Positions 62,431-64,000 of a DNA stretch of 64,000 nt are shown one piece after another. Source of the stretch: an uncultured Acidobacteriota bacterium (GTDB taxonomy: Bacteria > Acidobacteriota > Blastocatellia > RBC074); assembly GCA_963796275.1 (NCBI GenBank), contig CAWCKY010000006.1:800001-864000 (forward strand), given 5' to 3'. Numbering within the stretch: the stretch's first letter is position 1; each line of letters opens with the position of its first letter. The position numbers and the translations under genes were made by a program. The notes under the pieces were generated by a model. The model ran no database searches and was not told the DNA's origin. It saw only the letters and a list, made by a program, of their open reading frames with translations.

Positions 62431-62673
62431 TCACATCAGGAACTTTGCCGCCTGCTGTTCCATTTCTTCAGACGTGCCCGCGCGTTTCGCGGCTTCGGCC
62501 AGTACCTCCTGACGGACTTTCACCATCATCTCCGAGATCGCCAAGAATTGCGGAATATTAAATGTCATTACCATATTGGCGAACTCGAAATGGATATGGT
62601 CATGCCCGCATTTGAAGCAGTTCGCGTGAATCTGTAATCCCTGCATTGGCCCGTTGTGCTCGTGCATTCCCAA
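62431..62673 (-). CDS. Small Cys/His-rich putative metal-binding protein
   Basis: RBS AAAGGA; HANCFKCGHDHIHFEFAN; lies downstream of a TBDT fragment. Confidence 0.65.
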   Translation of the reverse strand: MGMHEHNGPMQGLQIHANCFKCGHDHIHFEFANMVMTFNIPQFLAISEMMVKVRQEVLAEAAKRAGTSEEMEQQAAKFLM

Positions 62674-62688
62674 ATTTTCCTTTCTATA

Positions 62689-62784
62689 CTAACCACTAAC
62701 ATAACTGCTAACTGCTAACTACCAACTACCAACTACCAACTACCAATTACAAATTGTCAATTATCAATTATCAATTATCAATTT
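62689..62784. repeat. Tandem heptamer tract with drifting unit sequence
   Basis: (CTAACTG)n, (CCAACTA)n, (TCAATTA)n adjacent to the TBDT-fragment stop. Confidence 0.85.
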
Positions 62785-63510
62785 TTACTTCCTCTCCTGT
62801 GCCCAGGTAAACCGCAGTCCCACGCGGAAGGTGCGCCCGTACTCGGCGCGATAGATTGGCTGCGGGAGTCCGGTCATTGCGTCAAGCGCGCCCGTATTCG
62901 GGTCTTTGCTGTTGGTGAAGTTGTCCACCGTGCCGAAGATTCCGATGCCGCGATACATTTGCTTCGCCGCATAAATGTCCCACAGGGCGAATCCCGGCGA
63001 AATACATCGGGAGCGGTGGCGGTTGCGAGCGCGTTGATCCATCTACTGTAAAAGGTGCCGCGCAGGTTGGCGCGCAGACCCGTTCGGGCATTGCTCTCCC
63101 AGGCGAGCCGGATATTTCCGTGATGTTTGTGGCGATTGATTAAGGGCACACTCGCCGCCCGGTCGCGGGCATAGAGGTAAGTATATGCGCCTCCGAATGA
63201 GAAGCCTCGGGGCAGCGATAGATCGCCGTCGAATTCGACCCCTTGCGTCAGGGCTTGCGCGATGTTTTTGTATAAGAAGAGTAGTCTTCCTAGGGTGGGC
63301 CTGAAGAGCGCGAGGTCGATATCCTCACGCTCGGCTGTGTTTCGGAGTTGCTGCGGCGAGGCGACGAAACCCAGGCTTTGCGACTCGATCAGGTTCTCAA
63401 CATCGTTGCGGAATAGGTTGATCGCGAAACGCGTGCGGCGGTTGCGCGCCGTAAACTCGCTGCCGATCTGGACAGAGTTAGCGTACTCGGGGTTGAGATT
63501 CGGATTGCCG
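62785..63510 (-). pseudogene. C-terminal fragment of a CirA/BtuB-like TonB-dependent receptor, 5'-truncated, with a frameshift near 63003
   Basis: GNPNLNPE...NLFRNDVENLI...YKNI.QA.TQGVE...YTYL.ARD...DNFT...GRTFRVGLRF; no upstream barrel or plug coding sequence. Confidence 0.8.
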
Positions 63511-63723
63511 TTAAAGGGGCGGGTAGTGTCGACGGAGACGAGAGCGGATCAGAGACTCCTACGGCATCAGTGGGAAACTGGTGCAATTATTTCTCAAGCC
63601 AGGTGGGGCGATTGGCTTCTTGCCGATGAATTATCACGGTCAGCGAGGGATCCATCGAGTCGGTGATCCTTGCACAAATTAATTGATATATACGTAATAT
63701 TGCCGTTTTGAAAAGGAGCATAA

Positions 63724-63798
63724 ATGTATTGTCATAAATGCGCTGCGCCAAACCAGGATCAGACGAAATTTTGCTGCAATTGCGGCATCGATCGATGA
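63724..63798 (+). pseudogene. 24-aa zinc-ribbon-only ORF, probably the N-terminal remnant of a larger gene
   Basis: RBS AAAGGAG; MYCHKCAAPNQDQTKFCCNCGIDR*. Confidence 0.6.
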
Positions 63799-63904
63799 TG
63801 TTAAGACTGTTGCCAAGGTTTAAATAGGCGCCGAGATAAATAAAAAACTAGCTCACAACGGTCGAAATGTGAGCCAGACATCCAATAACCGAGGGAGAAT
63901 AAGG

Positions 63905-64000
63905 ATGGATCTTCTGATTCGTGAAGCTCAACCCGACGATGCTGAGGCGATAGTCAGTATCTTTAACCCGATTATTGACGCCGGAATCTATACGGCATTT
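63905..64000 (+). CDS. GNAT family N-acetyltransferase (N-terminus, runs off the window)
   Basis: MDLLIREAQPDDAEAIVSIFN, a typical GNAT start. Confidence 0.75.
   Translation, partial: MDLLIREAQPDDAEAIVSIFNPIIDAGIYTAF

Overview
Bacterial chromosomal segment whose gene content is typical of Acidobacteriota (inference from the VWA-domain gene, Oar-like TonB-dependent transporters and two 'orphan' ABC permeases). I see no rRNA, tRNA, CRISPR array or intact transposase. It encodes carbohydrate enzymes (GH3, GH5, DUF1080), a propeller-type sensor kinase/NarL regulator pair, peptidases, a frameshifted gnd, a zinc-peptidase/ATP-grasp/TauD cluster and a probable D-amino-acid/peptide utilisation locus. 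Near the end is a 1603-aa SF1 helicase-nuclease fusion translationally coupled to an unknown gene. The most notable signals are: (1) the same upstream layout at both orphan-permease loci, a bipartite motif 72 nt before a sigma-54-type -24/-12 site; (2) a 32-aa mini-ORF carrying only a permease C-terminal tail; (3) several families of REP/BIME-like palindromes and heptamer-repeat hairpins anchored on stop codons; (4) a stand-alone, highly acidic 62-aa peptide gene; and (5) many short gene remnants. Several single-base frameshifts may be sequencing errors. All family assignments come from motif recognition, not database searches.
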